Assembly: GCA_964016885.1 (NCBI GenBank)
Contig: OZ024742.1
Location: forward strand, 295,926,001 to 295,990,000
Origin: Eledone cirrhosa
Lineage: Eukaryota
Length of the DNA: 64,000 bases
Direction: 5' to 3'
The stretch's first letter is position 1. The number at the start of each line of letters is the position of its first letter. The position numbers and the translations under genes are program-made. The notes under the pieces were generated by a model, which saw nothing but the letters and a program-made list of their open reading frames with translations, was not told the DNA's origin and ran no database searches. This document shows positions 12,561-25,234 of the stretch, piece after piece.

Positions 12561-14872
12561 GACAAATGCTGAATCTTTTTTATGCCAGTTTATAAATGTG
12601 TGTTGAAATGGGGAAATAACTCAGCAACACATTTAGAATCAGCATCTTTACAGATTTGTTTCAATAAGAGACGAAAAATATATAACAAGAAACATTCAAA
12701 ATTCTAGATTATAAAACAAGAAATATTCATTTTTGTTGAAATCAAATCAGTTATTCAGATTTTTTTAAAAATATTTATATTGTATGTTTGTTTGTGATCA
12801 ACATATTTATAATGCTTCTGACATAATTCTTTTTTAATTTTTCTTTTTTTTTAAACTCATTTAATGATACTGTCATGAAACATTTTCAATAATGTGGCCT
12901 TTCAATTTATATCCTTGTGATACACAGAGTTATGGTTATTTTAAAAATTGGGATACACATAGCATATATTATTATCAATTTATTTTCTTAAGACTCACTG
13001 TTTCCTTATCATTGTCATCCTCATGGGGTCTATAAAATAAGCCCTAGCAATGCACTGCGTATGATTTAATTAAGTTACTTCTGACCTCTCCCTCTACCAA
13101 AAACAAAACAATTGTTAGCTTTGTGTCTAAATCAGAAACCATTATTATCCCCATCATTTGTACAGAAGACCTGCCTACCCTTGCATACAAACCTACAGTC
13201 AGTAGGCACCTCTTAACCCAATATACACCCCACACACTCTACCCCATCCATTGTGTTGGTGACACAACAAAAAGCACCCAGTCCACACTGTAAATGTGGT
13301 TGGTGTTAAAAAGGGCATCCAGCATCAAATGGAACAAAACCGTTTAACTCATGCTAGCGAAGAAGATGGACGTTAAACGATGATGATGATGATCATCATC
13401 ATCATGTTAGAATGAGTTGCTAGTGTTCTATGCCTACATGACATACTGCCAATCCTTTTAGATATGTTACAACATGCAGATATACAATATTTCTATTATA
13501 AAACTGATATACACTTGCTCTGTATCCCCATAGTACTGATAGTATAAATAGAATATAATAGATTTTGAATGGCCAATATATTCTGCTTCTTGTCATTTCT
13601 TCAAAGCAAGTAGAGGGGGGGGATCATATAACAACTATCCACTCTTCCATAACATTTTTATTTTCATTGTAGTCTGCAAGGTCTTTTGAGCAAGGAAGGG
13701 TTGGGTTGCAGTGAGAATACAAGCATCTGGTTTGCTTCTTTACATTCACTGGTCACTGAACCAGTCTTGTGGACCCATTTGACCAAAGCATTTTTTTATC
13801 ACCCGATCTTGATTTTAAGTGGTTAAGTGTCTTTCGCTGACGTAGAAGATCTTCGGATGTGGGGATTTTCATGTCAGTTGGAGAAAGGCTGTTCTCAAAT
13901 CTCTTCATCCAAAGTTGGAGTTTAGATTCCATCCACCTGTAGAAACCTAGCTAGAAACAGTCTTGTATCAGCAAGACAAGGTCACCTGACCTGCCTTGTC
14001 TCACAATGAAACAACTCGTTTAACCCATGCTAGTGTGAAAAATGGTGATATATCATTGTCATTTTAACATCCGCTATTCCTGCTAGCAAGGGTGCATATA
14101 TATATATATATATATATTGCTCCCATATTTTATATACTGGTCCCATATTTCAGTGGAGCTGCTCTATTAGAATGAGTTCTTGAGCTATTTCTAGCTTTCC
14201 CAATAACCTCTTTGCTATCCAAATGATGCCAAAAAAAAGCACATGTAATGCATTCATTCAACCATGATATCATATACCTATCTAACAACAGATATGAGGC
14301 AGTTCTTCAATTTGTCTCCAAATGGGCAGATTGTATTTTGTTGTACTAGTTTAAAGAGATTGCCTACTGAAGAAAATCTAAATCTTTGGATTTGCTAGTT
14401 TTACCTTGTTTATTTTATCTATGGTAACTAGTGGATATTTTATCTATGATTTAAAACAGCTGCATAGGTATGATTAGTAAAGTAAGTTACATATTTTTAT
14501 TCTGATTACTTTTGTACCTTGTCATATGTATTATAAAATATAATTAATATTGTTTCTGAAATATTGTTGTATAAGTATTATTGTTGTATAAGTATTATTA
14601 TTATATGGTATTTTCACATCTTATTTCCATTGAGCTTTTTAAAGAACAACGAAATCAAGATGTTTTTATTTTTGCTTGTTTATTATACTTTACACATTAA
14701 ACATACACATAATATCAACACTAATACACACACATTTCACTTTGCTTTCCAAAATCGTTACCAATACTACCTAATGGTTTGTCTTGTTTACTCTCTTTAT
14801 TTTTGCTTTTTTTACTTGGACTACCTTTTATTTTCTGTATCTTTCCTTTGTGTTCCTGACTAATTTTGTACT

Positions 14873-14903
14873 CCTGAAGAAGGGCTAAAACCCGACACGT
14901 CGA
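14873..14903 (+). ncRNA. Minimal type I hammerhead ribozyme remnant (Penelope-type), core mutated
   Basis: cCTGAAGAagggctaaaacccGACAcgtcg: ggg/ccc stem II, GAAA changed to GACA, palindromic acgt stem III and GTC site; pyrimidine-rich flanks. Confidence 0.6.
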
Positions 14904-14949
14904 ACTTTCTTTCCCTTTTTCCATAAAGATAGGGACCAGCCATCCAAGT

Positions 14950-15110
14950 TAACAGCTGTATGATAAGTAAGGCTTTTAAAGATATTAAGACAGGCAATGT
15001 AATTGGCTCTTCAGGAGTAATTGCTGAGATGTTAAAAGCATCTATTATAGAGGGTTACAGACTAACTGCTTGTATAGTAAACTAGGTAATACAAAATGTG
15101 ATATCCCATC
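14950..15110 (+). mobile_element. Degenerate RTE fragment
   Basis: Translates ISKAFKDIKTGNVIGSSGVIAEMLKAS, homologous to ISKAIKDMKTGKAAGPSEIVAEMLKAS in the 51604 ORF. Confidence 0.7.
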
Positions 15111-15419
15111 TAGCCTTGCCATTGAACAATGATAATACTGTATTCCTGCCCCTCTCTACCTCCTGCCAAATCTTTCAAACACCTTTTTCTGTTGCAAATC
15201 ATGCATGCATAGAAAGCCAGACACACTCCACAATATACTGCCAAGTGCAACTCTCTTCCAGGCCACTCCCATAACAATCCTTGCTCTCTCACAAAATTTT
15301 ACTTAATTTCTTGATAATTTCAAACCAAATTGAAAATCATAATCACTATCATCATCATGTAAAGTTTCCTCGGACAACATTAATAATTATACAGTTATTG
15401 TTATTTCAGGGTGTCTAGT

Positions 15420-15895
15420 GCTACATCAAGTATGTAGTGTGAATCTTGTTTGATGTGCAGGATATGTAGCATGTCTCATTGCAAAGTGGAGTATTAATAA
15501 GAGGAAGGAGAAAGTGTTTCTCCTTGAATAACACCCGCTTTCAGTTTGAAGAAATCACCATCAGGGGACTGTACTTTTGCTTTCGCGTTATCGTAGCACC
15601 TACTGCTGTCACAATTTGCATGGGATTCCACAAGCTTCCATTATTTCTTTGAGTTTTAACGATGAATGGAATTGAAACCTTTTCTAAAATTAATAAATGT
15701 GATAACAGCTGGAAATTTCTTTGCTTTTACTCCTTCAATGAGTCTTCTAAGGGTCAGGATTTGACCCAGCATTGATCTATTTGACAGAAATTCATTTTGG
15801 TTCAAACAAATTATTGGTTTTAAATGAGATTTAATTCTATGGAGTAACATTTTGTATTAGATTTTAGATGATATTACTGTGAGACTAATTCCTTG
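15420..15895 (-). mobile_element. Degenerate non-LTR RT fragment (RTE group, different family)
   Basis: GQILTLRRLIEGVKAKKFPAVITFINFRKGFNSIHR and AGVIQGETLSP RT motifs, with stops and deletions. Confidence 0.8.
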
Positions 15896-18009
15896 TCACA
15901 TGCTGTGTTCCACTGAATCTCCCTGAGAATTACATTATGGGTACCTGTGTCTATGATATGCTCAGCTGCTTACACGTTAATTTCCCAAACAACTGGAGCA
16001 CTCGCTATCAGAACTGACAGAGATCCAACATTGTTGCTATTTACATTGCTCAGTGTTGCCACAAATTTACCTATCTTCTGCTAGGTAAGCCATCTCATGT
16101 GAGAATTGTATTGGCAATCGGCACACATGTGTAGCAAAAGAAATACAAATGATGATGAGATTTATCCTTCGGTAACTAATTTGGCATCCTTTCAATTCAG
16201 TTAAGAGCAGCAGCAACTCTCCCTATTGTTCACATTGAGGTTTATTTAAACTATACTAGCTTCAATATAATAAATATTAACTTATATAAAGCTCGATGGA
16301 CTTTGAAAAAAAGAAATCTTTTGTCTTCCTTTACATTTTCACAAATTAATGATGCATCTTTGTTTCACACAATAGAATATGTTCACATAGTCTGCATTTC
16401 TCAAATGGTTTTGGCCTAAAGAAATTTAGCAGACTGTTAAATTTTGCTGAATGTTCCAAAATTGAATTATCTATTTTATATTTATTTTCATTTTTCTGTT
16501 ATTTTATTTCTACTTATTATTATTTGGAGTGTCTACATTGAGCAGGATGAATACACATGTACAACAAGATAGCAGCCTGCAAATCAATTGCTACACTAAA
16601 CCCAAATAATATGTTATGCTTACAATGGCCTTTTATAAACTACAACTTGCTCTTCTCTGCCACCATTAACAACAATGACAATAATGCATACATACCTTTG
16701 ATCATATGTTAACAGACTGGATAGTAAATCTGGCTTTCACATTTCACTATACTCAATCAACTACTATTACAGTGGTGGTGAGTGAAAGACCAGATCATAC
16801 AAAGCATTAGACATATATGTTTAATAACAAAAACAATGTGTTGTTAGACTACTTTCCCTTCTAAAACAGGGGTTATATTCGAAGGGATCTCAATGGGAAC
16901 GTTTATAAAACACTGTTTTACAGCCACATGCCGTCTGGCACCAATGTTTAATTGCCTCTTACGATATTCTGTAATTATTCTTAACAAGAACAACACAATC
17001 TACGATCTATGTACAACAACTTGATTTTTAAGACAATCTTCCTTGTTAAAGTAGATTTTTAACTTTGTAGAACCCTATATTAGACCTTGTGCTCATCAAT
17101 GTGGTTCTTTTTGAGGCAATGTTTACAGCCAAATGCCTTTCCTTGCACCAGCCTTATAGTCACCTCTTATGGTGTACTTATCTTAAACCAAATTGACACA
17201 GAAGTATTATATATATATGTAATCCTCAAAAGTAATTTAATAGTCATATCTGTGTTACATGCATGTTAAAGCAGAACTGAAGGGAGGGCATTCAGCAGCA
17301 ATAGCAACAACATTTCTCCTGAATGAGAACTGAGATTTAAAATTGTTGATCATTATTGTTGTTTAATCGTAGTTAATCCCTGCTCAGACAGGTCATGTTC
17401 AAAGACCTTTTAGCTGTGACCTTCCCATTTTGTGTTTTTCTGACATAATGTCTCTAGGACAATATTATCCACTATGTGCCCCCCTTTTTTAACCATTTGT
17501 TACCATATTTCTAATAAAAAAACACTGCATTTGATTTTCAAATAATTTTGATAGTAATCTAGAATTCATTCATTGATTCATTGTCTTAATTTGTTTCTCC
17601 TATATACACAGCATATATATCATTATTATCATCATTTTATGTTAGCTTTCTGTTCTGGCAAGGCATGGACATGATGGTTTAGGGAACCATATCTCATGTT
17701 TCCTATTTGATTTGGTTTCTATACCAACCACTTTACAGGGTGTACATGACACCAGCACTAACACTTTACAGAGTGTACAGAGTGCATTTTTCCATGACAC
17801 CAGCACTAGAGAGGTTGTCATATGCTCATACAAACTAAAGAATTCACTCTACCATATATTGTTTCCATTCAACCGTCAACCACTTTACAGTAGGACATGG
17901 ACACACACACATACACAGAGCAGGGATAATGGGTGTTAAATGATGATGATGATGATGATTTATATATATATATATTGGTGATTAATATTTCTTTCTGCTT
18001 TATTTCTAG

Positions 18010-18074
18010 GTAAGAACCTTTCTGTTATTTTGAAATGGTTAATGACAGAAATATTCAAAAGAAATATTCAAAAT
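18010..18074 (+). other. Candidate 65-nt exon or recursive splice site
   Basis: Strong polypyrimidine tract, tttctag|GTAAGA.., ends AAT|gtaagt; the single open frame reads (G)KNLSVILKWLMTEIFKRNIQN. Confidence 0.45.
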
Positions 18075-19644
18075 GTAAGTAAAAAATAATTCTTGCTTAA
18101 GGCTTACATTTCTTTTTATTTATTCTGTTAAATGCTGTGAACCATTTTTAGTCATTATCTTAATGGTCATTACCTTACAATAATTTATCTTGTTATTGCA
18201 TTGTCCCAGGTGGGCAGTAATCAAGCAAACCTTTGACATAAGTAGCTGGCTAAGGAACTAACTTTGCCACATTTAGAGTGTGGAATCACAGAATCAGTAA
18301 AGCCTCAGATACTTCACGGCACAGAGTTACAGCCCTTTACATTGTTAGTTCAAAACATGCCGAGATTAGCTTTGTCTTTCATCCTTACAAGGTTGATAAA
18401 ATAAAGCACCAGTAATGCACTGAGTTCGATTTAATCGACTTTTCCCTCCCCCCAATAATATCACACTGACATTCTCTTGTATATGAGTCGCTAGGCTGAC
18501 ACCTATCACTCTCTCTTCCCCTTGGTATCTATCACCCAATCTCTCCTACCATGATACACATCTCTATTGGTATAATGTCATGTGCTGCTTCCTTACAGAA
18601 CTCCTTTCCACCACTCTTACTAACCCATCAATCTGTATATAATGGGCGTCTGTACAGCTTCAGTTTACTGAATTTCACTCATAAAGGCATCAGTTAGCCT
18701 GAAGCTATAGCGCAGGGCACTTTCCAATAGTGTCACATAGGGGATCAAACATAAAACAATGTGGTAGCAAAGAGAACTTCTTAACCACACAGCCATGCCT
18801 GCAAGTATAGGATTCCAAATGAGTCATTTACCAAGACATTAGATCCATTATCCACTTGCTTGTTGTCACAATTATACAACAGATCTATTGTTACATTAAC
18901 AAAATCTTATTAATAAATCTATTTAAATCATAGAATGGAATATATTTATTGATTGACACTAATAAATTCTTCAACAGATCGTTTGGAAATGAAAAAATTG
19001 ACTGAATATTGATTTCTTATTTAAATAGAAGACATTCTTTTTTTTCTTTTTTTTTTGTAAGAGGAAGGAAATATAGTCATATTACTGGTACAGATTTAAT
19101 GACCTAGAAAGATTCCATATAGTCTGGCTGCTCACTGTCTACATCAATAAAACTAATCTAATTTATACTTTAGTTTAGATGTAACAGGCATGGCCATGTG
19201 GTTAAAGAAGACTGTTTGGAAATATCATCTTTTCAGGTTTGGTCCCACAGTTTGTCTGGCTCCTTGATCAAGTGTCATCCATCATAGCTTCAAGTGACTA
19301 TTGTCTTGTAAATAAAATAGATAGTTGGAAACTATGCAGTCTTACACTTCACCTCCTTTTTGTATGACCCTTATACCCCTCCTCCTCCAATCCTACCCAC
19401 TAACCAGCCCTACCCCCACCCACATTACTTCCTTCTCTTGACCCCTAGCCTGCTAGATACATATACTATTCTCTGCCCACCCCCACTTTCTCCATCAGCC
19501 CAGCTTACCACAATGATGAATTTGACCACAGCACTACAAAGACTAGCAATCTATTTTTACACACCCTACTAAAATTACTACACCCCGAAAAGGCTTGCTG
19601 AACACAAGCCTAAATCACTTGGTGCTGCAGTCAGCATTTTACAT

Positions 19645-19645
19645 A

Positions 19646-19726
<81 letters not shown>
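19645..19726. repeat. (CT)n(TA)n microsatellite
   Basis: Long perfect TA run. Confidence 0.95.
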
Positions 19727-19733
<7 letters not shown>

Positions 19734-20318
19734 GAGAAGAAAGAAGAATACTGCGTGGTTTGCACATGGGTTACATATGATAAAAATAGTCCTTCGTCAG
19801 TGATTTTCCAACCATCATTGGTATTTCATCGCATTAAAAATCAGATACCTCAGGTTGGTGCAAGCAATAACTAAAAAAAGTTATTGGGACCAGAATTTGC
19901 GTAAGGCGAGGGGGACAAGTAAACAACATAGAAGGATAAAGGCAAACCGAAGATAGGAAAATAAACAAGCAACATGGTTGTCCAGTCAGCATAAGCTGGG
20001 TGGATTTCATGAGCGAGAGAGGTACAGACCGTGTTGATGTGTGTGAGATGTGAGCAAGAAGAGACCCATACAAGCCAAATGGGAGGAAGTGAGAAGAGGA
20101 GAAACAGAGAGTGAGTGGAAGTGTGAGGAAGAGGTCAGTCGAGAGAAAGTGTAACTGACAGAGGGGGCGAAAGAAGGTGAGAGAAACAGAGAGAACGGGG
20201 AAGCAGTAAGAGAGAAACAGACAAACGCAGCCGAGGTAAATATATATAAAAAACATGAGAAGAAAGAAGAATACTGCGTGGTTTGCACATGGGTTACATA
20301 TGATAAAAATAGTCCTTC

Positions 20319-20323
<5 letters not shown>
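19727..20323 (-). mobile_element. Penelope-like 3' remnant with 74-bp terminal direct repeat
   Basis: 19727-19800 is identical to 20250-20323; the minus strand of the repeat begins CTGACGAagg (hammerhead 5' core); bounded by (TA)n and (GA)n. Confidence 0.65.
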
Positions 20324-20388
<65 letters not shown>

Positions 20389-20760
20389 GGAGGCACATGG
20401 CTTAGTGGTTAGAGCATTGGCCTTACAATAGAAAGGTTGTGAGTTCAATTCTCAGACCGAGTGATGTGTTGTTTCCTTGAGCAAGACACTTTATTTCACA
20501 TTGCTCCAGTTTACTCAGCTGTAGAAATGAGACCCCAGTCCCTATCATTCCACTGCAAACTGGCCGTGAAGGTGCCAAGGCAAAAAAGCACCCACCCCAC
20601 ACTGTAAAGTGGACGTGTAGGCGCCACGGAAAAAAGGCACCCAGCACTCACTGTAAATGAGGTTGGTGTTAAGAAGGGCATCCAGCTGTAGAAATCAAGC
20701 CAGACTCAGTTCCCGTCCCACCCTTGCAAGCAGGGAAAGGCAGACGTAAAATGATGATGA
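20389..20760 (+). mobile_element. SINE family 2 (RTE-tailed)
   Basis: Same structure as the 7608 copy; junction hairpin rearranged. Confidence 0.9.
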
Positions 20761-20770
20761 CTTCTCTCTC

Positions 20771-20970
20771 TTACTGAGAGAGAGTTCCACAACAAATTAA
20801 CAAACCATACTCAAGGACGTACATTTACCCAACTGATTCTCAACTTGAGTTCAGAATGCTTGGTTTGTCAATTTGTTGTGGAACTAACTCTATACCGAAT
20901 TCGTCCAATGGACTCAGTGCTCTAATTACTTCGGATATAAGTTCCTAATCTTTTACCGCATTATATATAT
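20771..20970 (+). mobile_element. Penelope-like remnant with degenerate long-stem-II hammerhead
   Basis: 25-bp inverted repeat 20783-20807/20861-20885, preceded by ctgagag and followed by cgaattcg-tc-caa; ends in (TA)n. Confidence 0.5.
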
Positions 20971-21963
20971 CATCACCATCAGTTTTCTATTGCCAGATTG
21001 CCAGATACTTTTCTTAATGTTAACTCTTATCAACACAAATCATAAACAAATGTTACTGTATGTGCAAGTGATGGCAAATGCAGAGCAAAGATACAGATGC
21101 ATGCAGGCATACACACACACACACACACACATGTACTCATATATGATGGGCTTTCCATTTATCAAACTTAACTCACAAGTTTTGGCTCAGCTGAGGGCTA
21201 TAGCAAAAGACACTTGCCCAAGTTGCCACACAGTGACATCAGACCCAAAACCATGTGATTGAAAAGCAAGCTTCTTAACCACACAGCCATGCCTGCACCT
21301 ATTATATTTGCTATTAAATATTTACCATTTACCATTTATCATAATCAAAGGCATCTGTTTATATTCACAATATTTAGATAGGAAACATTTTCAGCTTTAT
21401 GATTTAAGAATTATCCTCTAAAATATATTTAAATACATTGTTGTTTAAGCAACAACTAAACAGCAAACATCTAAATTATTATTGTTCTTTAAGATAATTA
21501 CTACAATATTTGTTTTAAGTTTATATTTTCCTGACCATAAAATATTAAATGATAAATATATAACTTAGCTGTTATTCTTTCTATACACAGCTAATGGAGA
21601 AAAAACTAATGTGTAATGGCTGTAAACCAATGTTTAGAATCTAACATTTTAGTTATTAAATAAAAGTAGAAAGTACCTTTATAATAATTACAATAATTTC
21701 CCCATCTTTTTGTTTTTCACTTTTGGTCAAATAAACAAATTTAAGTCTATTAATTATATACTGCTTATTTCATAACAGAATTTATCTTTCTCATAAACTA
21801 TAAAAGGCTGTCAAATCTAACCCCCAAGGAGATATTGTTTATGTAAACTATAAATGAACTTCCATTGGCTTAATCAATGCTTCTTTTAAGCTACCTGACC
21901 ATGCCATTGCTGTATTAGTGCCATTACCCTCCAAGAAGATATCATTTGTGTAAACTATAAATG

Positions 21964-22200
21964 TGAAGGTGCATGGCTTAGTAGTTAGAGAGTTGGATTC
22001 ACAATTGTGAGGTTGCGAGTTCAATTCTTGGACTGGGTGATGTGTTGTGTCCTTGAGTAAAACATTTATATCATGTTTCTCCTTCTGCCAGGAGTTGCAA
22101 CTGGTAGATGATATCAGCAATGGAAATACCAATGGAAAAATGGTTTCCTTGGTCCAATTTGACGAGGTCCACCCCACTCAGCAAGCGATCAGAGTGAGAA
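21964..22200 (+). mobile_element. tRNA-derived SINE (shared head, third 3' module) with 7-bp TSD; related copy at 33755-33955 (-)
   Basis: TSD ataaatg at 21957-21963 and 22201-22207; sits inside the second unit of a ~107-bp tandem duplication (21830-22275). Confidence 0.8.
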
Positions 22201-23555
22201 ATAAATGAACTTCCATTGGTTTGATCAATGCTTCCATTAAGCTACCTGGTGATACCATTGTTGTATTGGTGCCATGCACATCAAAATTTTGCCACTCGGT
22301 AGTTTTGAAATCTTCTGATGCTGTAACTGTGAATTTACAATATTTTTGCTCAAACCATCAGAATCCAATCAGTGGTTAGGAATAATTAGAATGAACATTG
22401 ATTTCAATGATTAGCATTCCAGTTATTTGATTGACAGAGTAGCATATTTTTTTTAATGCAAGTGTAAGTGGATCAGTTCCACAATTACAAGGTTCAGGAT
22501 TTAGTCCTCACTGTGAGGTATCCATCAAATAGCCTGCACCTGTAATCCAATGGACCAGTCTAATCACACACTATGTGATGCTGAATCTTTGTGAATTACT
22601 GTAAGTGTACACATAGTTATCTATGGAATACTCAGCCATCTACTTGTTAACTTAAGTAGTAGGCTTTTCTATTGACTGAACAATTGAAAGATTCATTGTT
22701 GAAACTGACTGAGGTTCATTTATGTTTTATCTCTCAGATCCCTTTCAATTAGTTTTTCATGCAAGTTTATGCATGCAGTAAATCATCATCTTAAACCTAT
22801 ATTTTTCTTCAGCTTTCCAAGATCTTCCACATTAGATATCCTTATGACTCTTTATCATACAGCATCATCATATTCTTACTCCCTACAATATCATCATTTG
22901 GCTCTATATCTTACTATCACACAACATCAGCATGTGACTCCTATGAGTGGTGTGCAGAGGGCCCGCTCCTAAGACAGGACTAACTCCTTGATTGTATGCC
23001 TCTAAAATTCAAGTATAGAGCCAGACACAGAGAAATATGAGCATTTACAATGTAACATATTAAAATGAAAACAAAATAGAGACACAAAGAGTTGAAACTA
23101 TATTGAATTGGCCAACAAAGAGGAGACAGAGAGAGGTGGAGGAAATGTTGGCAATTTGTGGTACTGATCTGCACTTGCTAGTCACCAACCAAACAGTGTG
23201 CTGTTTCCTTAAGCATGACATCACATTTTTTTTTTTTTTTTGAACCAGCTCATTATTCTAAATTGCCCAAAGAAAATCTTTTATATTAATCTGATTCAGT
23301 TGACATGAAACAGCATTGTTGGTGAACTAATTAACCCTCTTATGACCACATTTCTAATGAAATTAATCAATGAAGAATTTTTATGGATTTATTAAGATTA
23401 TTAATTATTAATTATTTCATTACAAAGCTAGTAACTTAACATATGGTTTTTACATAAAATTATGTCGTGAGATTTTAATTTATATAGAACCCTTTAAAAT
23501 AGGTGGTTTTGTTTCATAGAACTAGAGATCAGATTGGTATCAAAATTGTTAAGTA

Positions 23556-23724
23556 CCATATTTCCTGGCACCGAAGACGCTTCGTCCTTGAGGACTTGCC
23601 CTAATTTTGACAACCAAAAATTTGAAAAATAATAATAAACAACCTTCAGCCTCCAGGACACATGGTAGATTTTTGAGACTTATTTTAGGAAAAAAGTAGC
23701 ATCTTCGATGTCGGGGAAATACAA
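23556..23724. mobile_element. pogo/Tigger-like MITE
   Basis: TA|ccatatttcctggcaccgaagacgc ... gcatcttcgatgtcggggaaatacaa|TA imperfect TIRs with TA TSD. Confidence 0.75.
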
Positions 23725-24701
23725 TAAATAATTTTGTAATTGTTCCTAATTTAGACACAAGGTCAGGAATCTTGCAAGAGGAGAAATCAGTTAAATCTAC
23801 AACAGTACATGATTGGTAGTTTATTTTATTGACCCAGAAGGATGAAAAGCAAAGTTGACCTCAACAAGATTTAAATTAAGAAGATAAAAATCCTAATGAT
23901 TCAGCCTATCCACTGCCCTAACTTAGTAAACAATTATACAATTTAAATATTTTCTAATTAGTTTTGTATCTTTATTTCAAATTCTCAGTTTTTATGTTTT
24001 TAATATTTAACCCTTTTTTTTTAACCCTATTTCTAATGAAATTCACTGCCAATAAGTTTCAATAAATTTTGAAAATAAGCAAAAATTTGGAGGAATTATG
24101 TAATATAGCTTAACTCTTTCATTATTAATCTGTTGTATGGTGCATTACATATCAAAATGCTTCACATAAAATCATAATCGAAGGTTTTGATATAAATAAG
24201 ATCAATTTTGTCTTTCATTGTTTTGTGGTCGATAAATAAAGTCCAGCGCTTGTGGATTAGTGGACTTGTTCAAGTGTAAAATGGGTTGCTTTGTGGTAAG
24301 CAATCCCACCTCTTTCTGCCAAGAGTTACATCAGGGAAATAGCATCAGCAATGGAAATATCAATAGAAACTTAGCTTGATCTGACAATCGGCTCTTTTTC
24401 ACAATATAACAAACATTGATATTCTATATATTGCCCAAACAGTTCCACCAATTATTTGTTCTCTGTCTTTATACTTATATAAACATAATTTGTTATCCAT
24501 ACAGAAATTGTGAAGCTATAAATATAAAAACAAAGAGGGGTGTGCTTTGTAAAATATATCATTGTCAGTATTTTCACAAACTAATGTGTTTTATAAATTG
24601 CTTCCTACTCTCTTCAAGTATATGGATAAGGCAATGATTAAACTAACAGATTGTGCATTGGCAGAATAGTTTGAGTGTTGGTAAACAGAATTCATGCATT
24701 G

Positions 24702-24942
24702 TTAACCCTTTCATTGCCATATTTCAAATGAAAAACGCAGCTTATGATTTTCAATGAATTTTGAAAGGATTTAGTAATATAATTAACTTTCTAATTATTA
24801 AGTTGGTATTTGGAACTTAACAGAAGTTCTTACATAGAATTATTGTGGGAAGTTTTTAGATAAATATAAACATTTTAAAATAATTAGTCATGTATTATAG
24901 AACCAGGGGAAGTTTCAGGCAGTTTGGAATCAAAAGGGTTAA
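24702..24942. mobile_element. piggyBac-like AT-rich MITE (related copies near 23330, 28036, 32386, 35385, 42529)
   Basis: TTAA|ccctt ... aaggg|TTAA termini, recurring in several copies. Confidence 0.6.
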
Positions 24943-25234
24943 ATATCTTTGTATTTGTTCTGGATCTATATAGGCTTAAGTTTAAATCAACTTTGTCTTT
25001 CATCCTTTTGCGGTCAATAAAGTACCTGTCTTTGGTCAGCAAATTAGCAGAATTCTCAAAGCATCATTTAGGATGCCTTGTGGTATCTGATCTGGTCTAT
25101 GCCTTCTGAGTTCTAATCCTGCCTCCTGTCACCAGAAAAATAGTATGAATACTTTAAAACAAACAGTTTTGTATCTTAGAACTAAGTGCAGTTTCAAGCA
25201 GTTTAGTATCAAATAATTTAAACTAATAGAATGA

